A stretch of 64,000 nucleotides of DNA, from the IMG/VR virus record IMGVR_UViG_3300020180_000002. One strand, given 5' to 3'. The position numbers and the translations under genes were made by a program. How positions within the stretch are numbered: position 1 is the stretch's first letter; the number at the start of each line of letters is the position of its first letter. Below, piece after piece: positions 48,885-57,672 of this stretch. The DNA is from an uncultured virus (IMG/VR IMGVR_UViG_3300020180_000002) (Duplodnaviria; Heunggongvirae; Uroviricota; Caudoviricetes). Under the pieces are notes generated by a model that saw only the letters and a program-made list of their open reading frames with translations, had not been told where the DNA came from and ran no database searches.

Positions 48885-49310
48885 TCATATAACTGGGTTC
48901 CTTCTATTAAAAAATTCTTCCATTAAACGTTTAGTTACTTGAATAATTTGTTTATTTTTTAAATATGTACAATAGGCTTCCATGATGGCCTTGTGACTAG
49001 GTACATCAAAAGTAAATTTAATTCCAAAGCCTAGTGATTCAGTAGAACCTTTTTTTAAAGTCCATCTCTTCCATTTAACAGTCCCTGTTAATTCAAGAAT
49101 ACCTAAATCTTTAGGTAGTACAAACTTAACACGGATATCTTCACCAATAACTGGAAATTTACTTGATTTAATGAATACACCATCTGACGTAATATCAGTT
49201 ATAGAACAGCTTTCTCCTGTCACGGTGGTTGATGTCCAGTAACATGCTTCTACTAAAAGGGGGATTCTTATTTTAGAACGTTTTTCTTTATTTACCAGGT
49301 TATTGTCCAT
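48885..49310 (-). CDS. PilZ domain protein
   Basis: EKRSKIR (RxxxR) and DITSDG (D-x-S/T-x-x-G) motifs; G-x-V-x-W; GFGIKF. Confidence 0.8.
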   Translation of the reverse strand: MDNNLVNKEKRSKIRIPLLVEACYWTSTTVTGESCSITDITSDGVFIKSSKFPVIGEDIRVKFVLPKDLGILELTGTVKWKRWTLKKGSTESLGFGIKFTFDVPSHKAIMEAYCTYLKNKQIIQVTKRLMEEFFNRRNPVI

Positions 49311-49492
49311 ATGATATATCCTAACATGATTAAATAAACTAGCGCAAGATACCCTTTACGAATTCTATCGAGTGATTCTAAGTCATTGTAATATATAGCA
49401 ATTACATAAAATAGATATTGACATCCAAGCGCCAATAGAATAAACATGGCTAGAAATGATCTAACCTTGTATTCGAAGCTCCATTCTGGCAT
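49292..49492 (-). CDS. Small two-TM membrane protein
   Basis: Two hydrophobic helices. Confidence 0.5.
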   Translation of the reverse strand: MPEWSFEYKVRSFLAMFILLALGCQYLFYVIAIYYNDLESLDRIRKGYLALVYLIMLGYIIWTITW

Positions 49493-49642
49493 TAGCTATT
49501 CTCGTAATTACTTTTAATATAGTTGACAACATCTTCAATTAGTGATATAGGATCTGTTTCAAGTTTAGCAGTTTGCCAGTGATCTGATCCTAATTGCAAA
49601 TACCTAATTTCAGTGATACCATTTTCAGTTGATATGATTAGT

Positions 49643-49855
49643 TTATAATTCATCAGTTGGTTTCTTTCCTGCGAGTTGAATATAATGTAACAATTGAGGT
49701 GCAATCTGACCTAGAGTTGCAAGAAAGTGAGCATACTGAGGAAGCTTCTCAATTGAATCTTTAGCCATGGCTCCAGCTAAGAAGGCAATATCAAGCTCTT
49801 CTAGCTTTTCAGCATTAGCATACGCTTTAATAAAATCTTTAAGTCCGCCTTCCAT
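49643..49855 (-). CDS. Hypothetical protein
   Basis: ORF in operon. Confidence 0.55.
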   Translation of the reverse strand: MEGGLKDFIKAYANAEKLEELDIAFLAGAMAKDSIEKLPQYAHFLATLGQIAPQLLHYIQLAGKKPTDEL

Positions 49856-49857
49856 GA

Positions 49858-50373
49858 TTAATGATGCTCGTTATAAATGTTGCCGTTAGTATCAATAGAG
49901 AAGAAACATCCGCTATTGTCGGTAGTGATATAATTAACGCCCGCCTTTAGAATAGAAAACCTAGTCATATTTCCAGCTGCGTTGTTACTGAAAGATGCAA
50001 TAATGGTTCCATTAGCAAGCTTTAAAAGCACTTCATCTTGCCCGCCCGATGCGCCGCATGGGTCAATAATGTTAACAATTCCATATTGTTGGTTAGGTGC
50101 ATCTTCGCCATTAGCTCCGTCACATACAACTTCGGAGTCTTGTACTTCTGATAGATCAAGTACGTTATTGCGATTCATATCAAGACCTGTTTTTACAAAT
50201 ACACCTGCTTCTGATGCACATACAGATGCATCTGAGGTAAACCGAAGTGTAGAAAGTAAACCATTGTAACCATCTAAGCCATTAGACCCGGCATCACCTT
50301 TAATTAGTTTCTCTTGGTACACTTCTTGGCCACATCCGGCCGACAATAAAGTTATAAATAATAGTTTTTTCAT
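49858..50373 (-). CDS. Lipoprotein with short collagen-like Gly-X-Y repeats
   Basis: Lipobox SAGC; GDAGSNGLDG and GANGED repeats; D-x-N-x-N-x-x-L-D EF-hand-like loop; IIDPCG motif. Confidence 0.7.
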   Translation of the reverse strand: MKKLLFITLLSAGCGQEVYQEKLIKGDAGSNGLDGYNGLLSTLRFTSDASVCASEAGVFVKTGLDMNRNNVLDLSEVQDSEVVCDGANGEDAPNQQYGIVNIIDPCGASGGQDEVLLKLANGTIIASFSNNAAGNMTRFSILKAGVNYITTDNSGCFFSIDTNGNIYNEHH

Positions 50374-50579
50374 TTTTCAATCCTCACAGTTATATTATCA
50401 TCATATTGCCCTAATGTTTCTTCAAACAATGGAGCCAGTTTACATTCTAATTTGAGACGATCAATCGCCTCAAGCATTTCTAAATCACATTCATTAATCT
50501 TCTTTGTTTTAAGCATATCAGAAGTATCAAGCATAGTCAATAAATTTAATAGTCTATAATGTCTACTTTTTAATTGCAT
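50370..50579 (-). CDS. Hypothetical protein
   Basis: ORF preceded by a (GA)n tract. Confidence 0.55.
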   Translation of the reverse strand: MQLKSRHYRLLNLLTMLDTSDMLKTKKINECDLEMLEAIDRLKLECKLAPLFEETLGQYDDNITVRIEK

Positions 50580-50600
50580 ATTATTCTCTCTCTCTCTCTC

Positions 50601-50786
50601 CTATTTCAATTCAATATTCAAATATTCTTTGCCGTCATATGACGATAGCTTAGTTTTAGCTGATTCATCTCCATCGGCAACTAGCCCGCCATATTCAAAT
50701 GCGTTAAACTTCACTTCTAAGTTACCGTATTGTTCTTTATATTCCGATAACAATTGAATAAGATCTGTAATTCTATTTAATTCCAT
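50601..50786 (-). CDS. Hypothetical protein
   Basis: ORF with RBS (AAGGAG). Confidence 0.55.
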   Translation of the reverse strand: MELNRITDLIQLLSEYKEQYGNLEVKFNAFEYGGLVADGDESAKTKLSSYDGKEYLNIELK

Positions 50787-51048
50787 TTACATTCTCCTTA
50801 TAATAAACTCTAACATCTTTTACAACATAAAACAAGTCCCCATTAGAACATTGATATTCAGTTTCTGCTTTACCTTGTGCATTCATGTAAACATTAACTG
50901 ATTCACATTTTTTATAGTTATCTGATCTAATTTGAAATTCAACTTGTTGTGATTCGGTAAATGAAGTAATAGTTGCAAAAGGGTGTACCCAGCAGGTTAA
51001 TATTGCTCCAGCTGTGAATCCAAATATTAGTTTAATCATTGTATCCAT
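50773..51048 (-). CDS. Putative exported protein
   Basis: Hydrophobic N-terminus; directly after a promoter. Confidence 0.55.
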   Translation of the reverse strand: MDTMIKLIFGFTAGAILTCWVHPFATITSFTESQQVEFQIRSDNYKKCESVNVYMNAQGKAETEYQCSNGDLFYVVKDVRVYYKENVNGIK

Positions 51049-51054
51049 GTTTTA

Positions 51055-51083
51055 AGATTAACATGGTTCTATGATGTAGTCAA
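51055..51083 (-). promoter_or_regulatory. Sigma70-type promoter TTGACT-17-TAATCT
   Basis: Hexamers with a 17-bp spacer. Confidence 0.55.
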
Positions 51084-51134
51084 CAAGGTCAAAATGCCCT
51101 ATAAACGACGTAAGGATAGGGGGTGATGTCTTAC

Positions 51135-51272
51135 TATCAACTATAGAGTGAAAATCGTTTATAGGGCAATTGTGTGCGTTTAAATAGGTAATTAGAGGGG
51201 GTGTTATATCAACTATAGAGTGAAAATCGTTTATAAGGGGTAATTGTGTGCGTTTAAATAGGTAATTAGAGG
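51135..51272. repeat. Two tandem copies of a ~65-bp dispersed motif (TATCAACTATAGAGTGAAAATCGTTTATAGGG...GTGTGCGTTTAAATAGGTAATTAGAG)
   Basis: Copies at 51135 and 51207; further copies at 54658-54722, inverted at ~55136-55190, and partial at 17678-17717. Confidence 0.9.
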
Positions 51273-51297
51273 AGGAGGGGGAGGTGGGGGGTGTTAA

Positions 51298-51513
51298 CTA
51301 CACCTTTTGTCCGTTGGACACGAAGTAACCAATAACTTGTTCTGTATATCCAACGATTCTATCTAGATCGCCGCCCATTGATAACACATTACCATTAACT
51401 ATTGATGTGTACATGCCACTTTTCTTATCAAGCTCAATCTTATAAGGAACAGCTGCAAATATGTTTTCAATTACAATAACTGGTTTCACTTTAAATTCTA
51501 GTATCTTAGCCAT
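51298..51513 (-). CDS. Hypothetical protein
   Basis: ORF with RBS (AAGGA). Confidence 0.55.
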   Translation of the reverse strand: MAKILEFKVKPVIVIENIFAAVPYKIELDKKSGMYTSIVNGNVLSMGGDLDRIVGYTEQVIGYFVSNGQKV

Positions 51514-51951
51514 AATAAATTATTTATCCTTTTTAAATCCTAATTGATGTGCATAAGGAAACCGGCCATCTTGAAAGCCATTAGCAACCTTCCAAGCTTC
51601 CCAGTCTGCTTTATATTGTGCAAACTCTTTTTCTTGTTCAATTTCTTGAAGCCATTCTGTTTGAGTAAAAGTATTATATTCTAATTTCATATTATTATCC
51701 CATTAAATGATACATTAAGTTTAATATAGTTCCAGTTATAGCAATAGGTATGATAACGTCTAGTATACCAGATATAAAGTCTAATCGTTTAATTTCTTTG
51801 TCAATTTGTTTCACTTTACGTGCGAAAGGATGACTTCTTTTTCGTTGCACGATAATATGTTCCATGAAAATGCTCCTTCTAAGTCTTGAATTTCTTTAGC
51901 TAATTCAAGCTGTTCATATGTATTTTGTGTATAGTATTTATCCATATAACT

Positions 51952-51980
51952 AGATTACCCTAATTCTAATTAGTTGTCAA
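51952..51980 (-). promoter_or_regulatory. Sigma70-type promoter TTGACA-17-TAATCT
   Basis: Perfect -35 hexamer, 17-bp spacer. Confidence 0.6.
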
Positions 51981-52053
51981 TAGGCGATTATTATTCACTA
52001 TTTCCATAATTAATTCCTTTTTACCAAGGTTAATTGTAAATAGTCTTAGTTGG

Positions 52054-52344
52054 TTAAAAGCTAATCTTAATAGTTAAAGCACTTAAAGCCACTCCAGCGG
52101 TATTGGCTAGCATATCCATTGCATGTTGCTCGCCCGTATTCTTCCCGCCATCCATAACTTCTTTAGTTAGTCCTACAGCTAATGTACCAGCCATAGCAGC
52201 TATTAAGCAAGCGTTCTTATCATCTGATATCAGTTCTTTACATACAGCGTAAGAAACTGTATTAATTGTAAAGGATACTCCAAAATGCGCGGCCTTATCT
52301 ACTGGAACTTCTGAGGTAAGTAATAGTAATGCTAAGCTAATCAT
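52054..52344 (-). CDS. YfiM/DUF2279- or VanZ-like membrane protein
   Basis: DKAAHF...KE..D...D..AN..G pattern. Confidence 0.65.
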   Translation of the reverse strand: MISLALLLLTSEVPVDKAAHFGVSFTINTVSYAVCKELISDDKNACLIAAMAGTLAVGLTKEVMDGGKNTGEQHAMDMLANTAGVALSALTIKISF

Positions 52345-52531
52345 GTTATTTGTTTCCTTTGTTTAATTGCGTTAATTCGGTTAATATCTGCCATTGATAC
52401 TTCATATTAAATCCCATCACTTAATGCGAAGATTACTATTACTGTTAAAATTGCGATAATCATATATATACCTCTTATTAATATTCTACTACAGATTTAC
52501 CGTTTTTACTACCGTGAACTCGATATTCGTT

Positions 52532-52723
52532 TTAATATTCTTCTTTTAAATGTCCACAATCACATGTGGGGTAGTATTCTTCTTTTTCAATATCAATGTA
52601 TCGGCTTAAACCGTTACTTAAGTCTTGTGTATAGTTTACTGCATCATCATAACTATCGAAACATTGAATATGTTGTCCGTCATCGTATAAACAGTAAACC
52701 ATTTGTTCTTCTTTTGTTTTCAT
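52532..52723 (-). CDS. Hypothetical protein
   Basis: ORF preceded by GGGAGAGAGAGA. Confidence 0.5.
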   Translation of the reverse strand: MKTKEEQMVYCLYDDGQHIQCFDSYDDAVNYTQDLSNGLSRYIDIEKEEYYPTCDCGHLKEEY

Positions 52724-52727
52724 AAAC

Positions 52728-52850
52728 TTATCTCTCTCTCCCTATTGCTTTCATCAACTCTTCAATTAGAATGTGGTCATGAATAACATCAACTGCATTA
52801 TCTATCTCATCATTCATTAATGTCTTAATTGTATGCTCATTATAACGCAT
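52728..52850 (-). CDS. Small hypothetical protein (40 aa, MRYNEHTIK...)
   Basis: Read manually; preceded by a (GA)10-AGG tract. Confidence 0.45.
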   Translation of the reverse strand: MRYNEHTIKTLMNDEIDNAVDVIHDHILIEELMKAIGRER

Positions 52851-52878
52851 ATATACCTTCTCTCTCTCTCTCTCTCTC

Positions 52879-53037
52879 TCAGTTAGCTTTTTCAATCATG
52901 ATGTACTGTTTACCTAGTCTTGTTACAATGGATGCATCCAAGAGGCGTTTAAACTCATTAAACCCTACTAATAATGTCCTGAACAAAGGCAGTCGGTATC
53001 CATCTAGTGTTTCTTCATATAAATGTATTCTTACCAT
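52879..53037 (-). CDS. Small hypothetical protein (52 aa, MVRIHLYEE...)
   Basis: Read manually; downstream of TTGACA at 53068-53073. Confidence 0.45.
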   Translation of the reverse strand: MVRIHLYEETLDGYRLPLFRTLLVGFNEFKRLLDASIVTRLGKQYIMIEKAN

Positions 53038-53138
53038 ATACTCTAATCTCTCATGCTTTTAATTACTTGTCAACACCGCATGTGAAATCAATATGTTATA
53101 TACCCGATAAGGTATATTATGTCACATATTGCCATCTA

Positions 53139-53450
53139 TTATACCTTATCAGGTATATTCAATAACATATCTTTAATCCCATCATGTAAGCTTTTATCTA
53201 ATTGTTCTTTTAAATCAACACAATAGCGTTCAAATGGCTTTTTAGGTAAAACTTTATGTAATACCCAAAACTTGTCTTTAATAGTTATCTTATCAAGTAC
53301 AACAAACTCTAATACATTGCCATTAAACTCACCGTAATGCATTAGCCAATTACTTAATCGTTCTTCACAAGGTGAAAACCCTTTAATGATGTTCGTATTA
53401 ACGATAAACTGTTCTGGTGGTGGTGGCGGAGGTGGTGGTGGTTGTTTCAT
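53139..53450 (-). CDS. Hypothetical protein with N-terminal poly-Pro
   Basis: ORF; (CCA)n repeat encodes 9 Pro; PCEERL..W pattern. Confidence 0.55.
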   Translation of the reverse strand: MKQPPPPPPPPPEQFIVNTNIIKGFSPCEERLSNWLMHYGEFNGNVLEFVVLDKITIKDKFWVLHKVLPKKPFERYCVDLKEQLDKSLHDGIKDMLLNIPDKV

Positions 53451-53712
53451 GTTTATTATTCACCTAACAAAGCGTACGTTTAGCATCTCTATTGCGCCTA
53501 GGCCAATAAAACAAGCAACTAGAACAGCAACCACCACTGCGAATAGCAGCAGTGGTGGTGGTATTAGGTATAATGCTAAAAACTCTTTAATATTCATTAT
53601 CATAAATCCCCTCTTCCCTCTATTAACCGTTAATGAATTTGTTAAGAATCCACCAAATTGCTACTGTATAAATAATAATCATCATATAACCAATATATCA
53701 CACATGAAATAG

Positions 53713-55600
53713 AAACACAATAGGGGGTGATAGATTATAATAAACACAATAGAGAGAGAGAGAGTGTGTGTATGCGCCATATAAGACCTGTTTTATCATA
53801 TATACACACACACACACACACTTATACGGTGTATAATAAACACAATTATATCAAATATGACATTAAGTGTAATAGGTATGTATGTATCTTATACGGTGTA
53901 TAATAAACACAATTATATCAAATATGGTGGTGGTATTAAGTAATAGGTACAGTAGATACCACTATAATAGCTAACACACACACACTATAATATAATAACC
54001 ATAACAACTATAATATAATAACCATAATAGCTAACACACACCCACATACCCACCACTATAATAGCTAACACACACCCACATGCCCACCACTATAATAGCT
54101 AACACACACATATACACCCACTATAGCTAGTGTAGATACAACTAAGTGGGTGGGTGGGTATGTGTGTACAATATACCAATACTAGCTTACAATTAACAGC
54201 TTACAATTAACAGCTAACAATTAACAATTAACAGCTAACAATTAACCGTGTATACATACTGCACACCAGCAACCCGCACACACTCACTGTGCAAACTATT
54301 GCACACCAGCAACCCGCTAACAAGTATACAGCGCATACATACTCTTTCTCTCTATTACACCTATACATACCCTCTATTACCATAGGTATATATACACACT
54401 CTCTCTATTACCATAGGTATATATACACACTCTCTCTATTACACTCTCTCTATTACACACACACTCTATTATTACCATAGGTGTGTATACACACACATAT
54501 ATACACTCTATTATACCTATACACCCCCTCCCCCTATTGTTTGGTATTAGGGTATATGCACACACACACACTCTCTATTACACCTATACACACACATACT
54601 CTCTCTCTCCCCCTATTGTTTGGTGGCGGGTATGCTGTATACAGCTAACATACACACTATCAACTATAGAGTGAAAATCGTTTATAGGGGGCAATTGTGT
54701 GCGTTTAAATAGGTAATTAGAGAGAGGGTGTATGTATATGTATGTTAGCTGTATGCGCATACACACACACACACACACACTTCTCTTGCACGTACGTAAA
54801 CATTAAACGGTTAACAGATGGCTCTAATTGGGTTTGGTTGGTATTGCGTACACACACACCCCTATGTAATAGCTAACACATACATATACCTACCTATGTT
54901 AGCTATATACACATCAGCTCTGTGTAGAGAGAGAGAGAGAGAGTGTATACCGTATACTTGAACACACACTGTATACCACCACCCCCAGTTGGGGACGGAG
55001 GGGTATGCTAATGGTTAATGGGTGTCCAGTATACAGCAGCGCGAGATTAAAGATTTTAGTATAAATAGGTTATAGCGGGCTGTAATGGCTAACAGCTAGC
55101 AATAAGGTGGTGGTGGTTGGTATCTAGTTTTATAATGCCTGTTAAACGAACACAATCACCCTATAAACGATTTTCACTCTATAGTTGATAGGTAGAGAGG
55201 AGAGAGGTGTATACACCGTTGTATATTACAGTGGTGGCGGTGATTAAACATATGGTTTACAGTTTACTATACACTGTAAACAATGTTATAATGTGTGTCA
55301 AGTTATAGTTATGTTATGGTTATTATATTATAGTTATGGTTATAATGTCAAGTTATGGTTGTATTAATAAATCCATAGTATGTAAATGAGTTTTATCACA
55401 TAGAAAGTACATAGGAAATGGGTTATAGTGTGTGTAGTGTAGTGTAGTTTTATAGTTTGTTATAATTATGTTAAGATTGTGTTAATAAACACCATAGGTA
55501 GGGGGGGTTTTATCACATAGAAAGTACATAGGAAATGGGTTATAATGAAAACAGTGTGTAACGAACGAGGTTGACGTGAGGTTGATTTTAAAATGAAAAG
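53713..55600. repeat. Low-complexity, microsatellite- and tandem-repeat-rich non-coding region
   Basis: (CA)n, (GA)n and (GGT)n tracts; duplicated 39-bp (53821, 53888) and 38-bp (55390, 55507) units; ACAATTAACAGCT-type array at ~54190-54245. Confidence 0.9.
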
Positions 55601-56144
55601 TAGGTATGGATACGATTTATCAATTTACGTTCAACCAGATGGCGTATAGCTCGTTTAAACGCTATTTCTAACATATAAACCTAATCTAAGCTGTACCATT
55701 TCCATTTTATGTTATGGTAGGTGTAAACAGCCACTCGATAGATGGCCATAAACGATGGATGGGTATTGTAACTTATGTGTCCAGTTTCCAGAACCTGGTA
55801 ATTATACCCCATATGTTTTAATAAGCTAAACACCGCTGCCACCACCACCACTTTGAGTATTAACTCCTAGTTTATATTCCATGCTATAGAACCAACGCCA
55901 ATATGGTCTAGATATATAACCAATTGCTATATCATCTCTCACTTTGTAAACATAATCTACACCTAGCTGTCGAAATAGCTTAGTCATTTAGCATCCATAC
56001 CATATTAAAAGGGTCACCGTTATAATGAATACATACAAATATAATTGATCCAAACTTGTTATTAACCATATAAGATGTATAGTGATAATTGAATTGGTTC
56101 ACCAATACATTCATATATTATTTATTAAACCCACCACCCCCCTA

Positions 56145-56174
56145 TTGACTTTAAACGGTGTTGTGTGGTATAAT
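56145..56174 (+). promoter_or_regulatory. Sigma70-type promoter TTGACT-18-TATAAT with TG extension
   Basis: Perfect -10 with TGn extension, 6 nt before the ATG at 56181. Confidence 0.65.
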
Positions 56175-56180
56175 AACTTT

Positions 56181-56363
56181 ATGAAACTAATTAAAGTGAC
56201 AATCATATCTGGAGCTAATATTTATGTTAATCCATTGGAAGTGGCTTATTTAAGAAGTGACCCTATGGACCCAACCGTTACATGGATTTATGCAGGGGAT
56301 ATGGTTCATAAAATTAAACTTTCATTAGAAGAAACAGTTAAACTTTTAGAAAAAAGTAAATAG
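56181..56363 (+). CDS. FlbD/SwrD-like small protein
   Basis: I-x-V-T-x-x-x-G-x-x-I-Y-V-N-P-x-x-V...T-x-I...S-L-E-E pattern; true start likely the ATG at 56181. Confidence 0.5.
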   Translation: MKLIKVTIISGANIYVNPLEVAYLRSDPMDPTVTWIYAGDMVHKIKLSLEETVKLLEKSK

Positions 56364-56373
56364 AATATTGTTC

Positions 56374-56445
56374 ACCGAGGTGGCGAAGAGGAAACGCAGC
56401 ACGCTGTTAACGTGCCTATCGTAGGTTCGAATCCTACCCTCGGTG
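56374..56445 (+). tRNA. tRNA-Asn (GTT)
   Basis: Acceptor stem ACCGAGG/CCTCGGT, anticodon arm GCACG-CTGTTAA-CGTGC, T arm GTAGG-TTCGAAT-CCTAC; CCA not encoded. Confidence 0.92.
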
Positions 56446-56477
56446 GAGAGTATATATTTTAAAAAGGAGATAATAAC

Positions 56478-56681
56478 ATGATAGAATTCAATTTAGTATT
56501 AGATGGTGATTTAAAGGGACAAGTATCTATTGTTAATCCTCAGCATATTGAAACCATTGTTGATGGTATGCCTTTACATAAGAAACCTGTTACTCAGATT
56601 TGTACAGTATCTGGTGCTCGGTTTTTTGTTGATCATCCTTATCTAGAAGTTAAAAAAATGTTAAATGAATATACTTTGTAA
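56478..56681 (+). CDS. FlbD/SwrD-like small protein
   Basis: V-N-P-x-H-I-E-T-I...T-x-I-x-x-x-S-G-x-x-F-x-V...E-V pattern; RBS AAGGAG. Confidence 0.55.
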   Translation: MIEFNLVLDGDLKGQVSIVNPQHIETIVDGMPLHKKPVTQICTVSGARFFVDHPYLEVKKMLNEYTL

Positions 56682-56809
56682 AGAAATAGGTTGTCATTAA
56701 ACTGTACCAAGTATCTTCGTACACACCTATGACCCCCTTTAATATATAAATATAGGGTGTGTGTGTATATGCAACAGCTTATGATAGATTCATATGGGTG
56801 GATTAATTT

Positions 56810-57013
56810 ATGAAAAATAACATACCTAATGGGTTCACTGAACTACTTAATTCATTTGATCCTACTAATTTAAATAAATTACCTGCAGCTGAATTAATTA
56901 AAGTATTCAGTCTACTTAAAGATTCTCAACAAGTATTGAGTGAACTATCTCAATATAGTAATTTAAACGCACACATTTCCCCTATAATCAATAGATACAA
57001 AGAATGGAAGTAA
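56810..57013 (+). CDS. Hypothetical protein
   Basis: ORF. Confidence 0.5.
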   Translation: MKNNIPNGFTELLNSFDPTNLNKLPAAELIKVFSLLKDSQQVLSELSQYSNLNAHISPIINRYKEWK

Positions 57014-57207
57014 TAATGCAAACAATACTATTAGCTTTAACTGGCAGCCTTCTAGGAGGTTTAACATTATCTTTAACTGTATACTTGCTATACCGTCATG
57101 AACAAGCTAAGTATAAACAAAAGATAGCTGATGCTTTAAAGCAGACTAAAGATATGTATTATGAAAAGTTAACAGATAGAGCTAATTCATTAGGTAAAAT
57201 GAATTGA
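57004..57207 (+). CDS. Small membrane protein
   Basis: N-terminal TM helix. Confidence 0.55.
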   Translation: MEVIMQTILLALTGSLLGGLTLSLTVYLLYRHEQAKYKQKIADALKQTKDMYYEKLTDRANSLGKMN

Positions 57208-57322
57208 CATTACTCACTGATAACTTTCAGTATCAATATTTAATATATGAAGATTATAGAAGAATAGTATTATATAAACTTCTTATTATGCCTAATACTT
57301 GGACTTATAATGTATAATTTAC

Positions 57323-57351
57323 TTGACAGCTAAGCAAATAAAGTATATTCT
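57323..57351 (+). promoter_or_regulatory. Sigma70-type promoter TTGACA-17-TATTCT
   Basis: Near-consensus; no ORF between it and the terminator. Confidence 0.65.
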
Positions 57352-57357
57352 ATAGAA

Positions 57358-57452
57358 GAACGAACGTATCTTACCTTTCACTCAGTACTCACTAACTCCT
57401 TTCTTAGTTAGTGAGTGGACCCCGTTAGTTTTTACAGCTAACGGGGTTTTTT
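57358..57452 (+). ncRNA. Putative ~95-nt small RNA
   Basis: Bounded by a promoter and an intrinsic terminator; 11-bp hairpin ACTCACTAACT/AGTTAGTGAGT with a CCTTTCTT loop. Confidence 0.6.
57419..57452 (+). terminator. Rho-independent terminator
   Basis: ACCCCGTTAG/CTAACGGGGT stem followed by a T tract. Confidence 0.85.
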
Positions 57453-57509
57453 ATTATTAAGTATCATATGGATTTACCTTTTAAATTACTTATAGTTGAA
57501 CATCTTAAA

Positions 57510-57672
57510 TAATACTAATTATTATAGTTAACAGTTAACAGTATACAGAATACTAATACTAATTATTATAGTTAACTGTTAGCTAGTATACAGTATACAG
57601 TATACAGAATACTAATACTAATTATTATAGTTAACTGTTAGCTAGTATACAGTATACAGTATACAGAATACT
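57510..57672. repeat. 59-bp tandem repeat (two exact copies plus one degenerate) with internal AGTATAC heptamers
   Basis: Units start at 57551 and 57610; degenerate copy from ~57510. Confidence 0.85.

Noticed and set aside
53821..53945. 39-bp repeat pair with a 28-bp gap resembling a mini-CRISPR array
   Set aside because: Only two copies, the sequence after copy 2 resembles the 'spacer' (so it is a tandem duplication), no palindrome, and no cas genes.
54289..54778. ORFs of 63-64 aa in the microsatellite region
   Set aside because: Translations are H/T/Y/C/V repeats produced by (CA)n and (TA)n tracts; no RBS.
55390..55544. 38-bp direct repeat pair as a CRISPR or att site
   Set aside because: Two copies only, separated by 79 bp of low-complexity DNA within a generally repetitive region.
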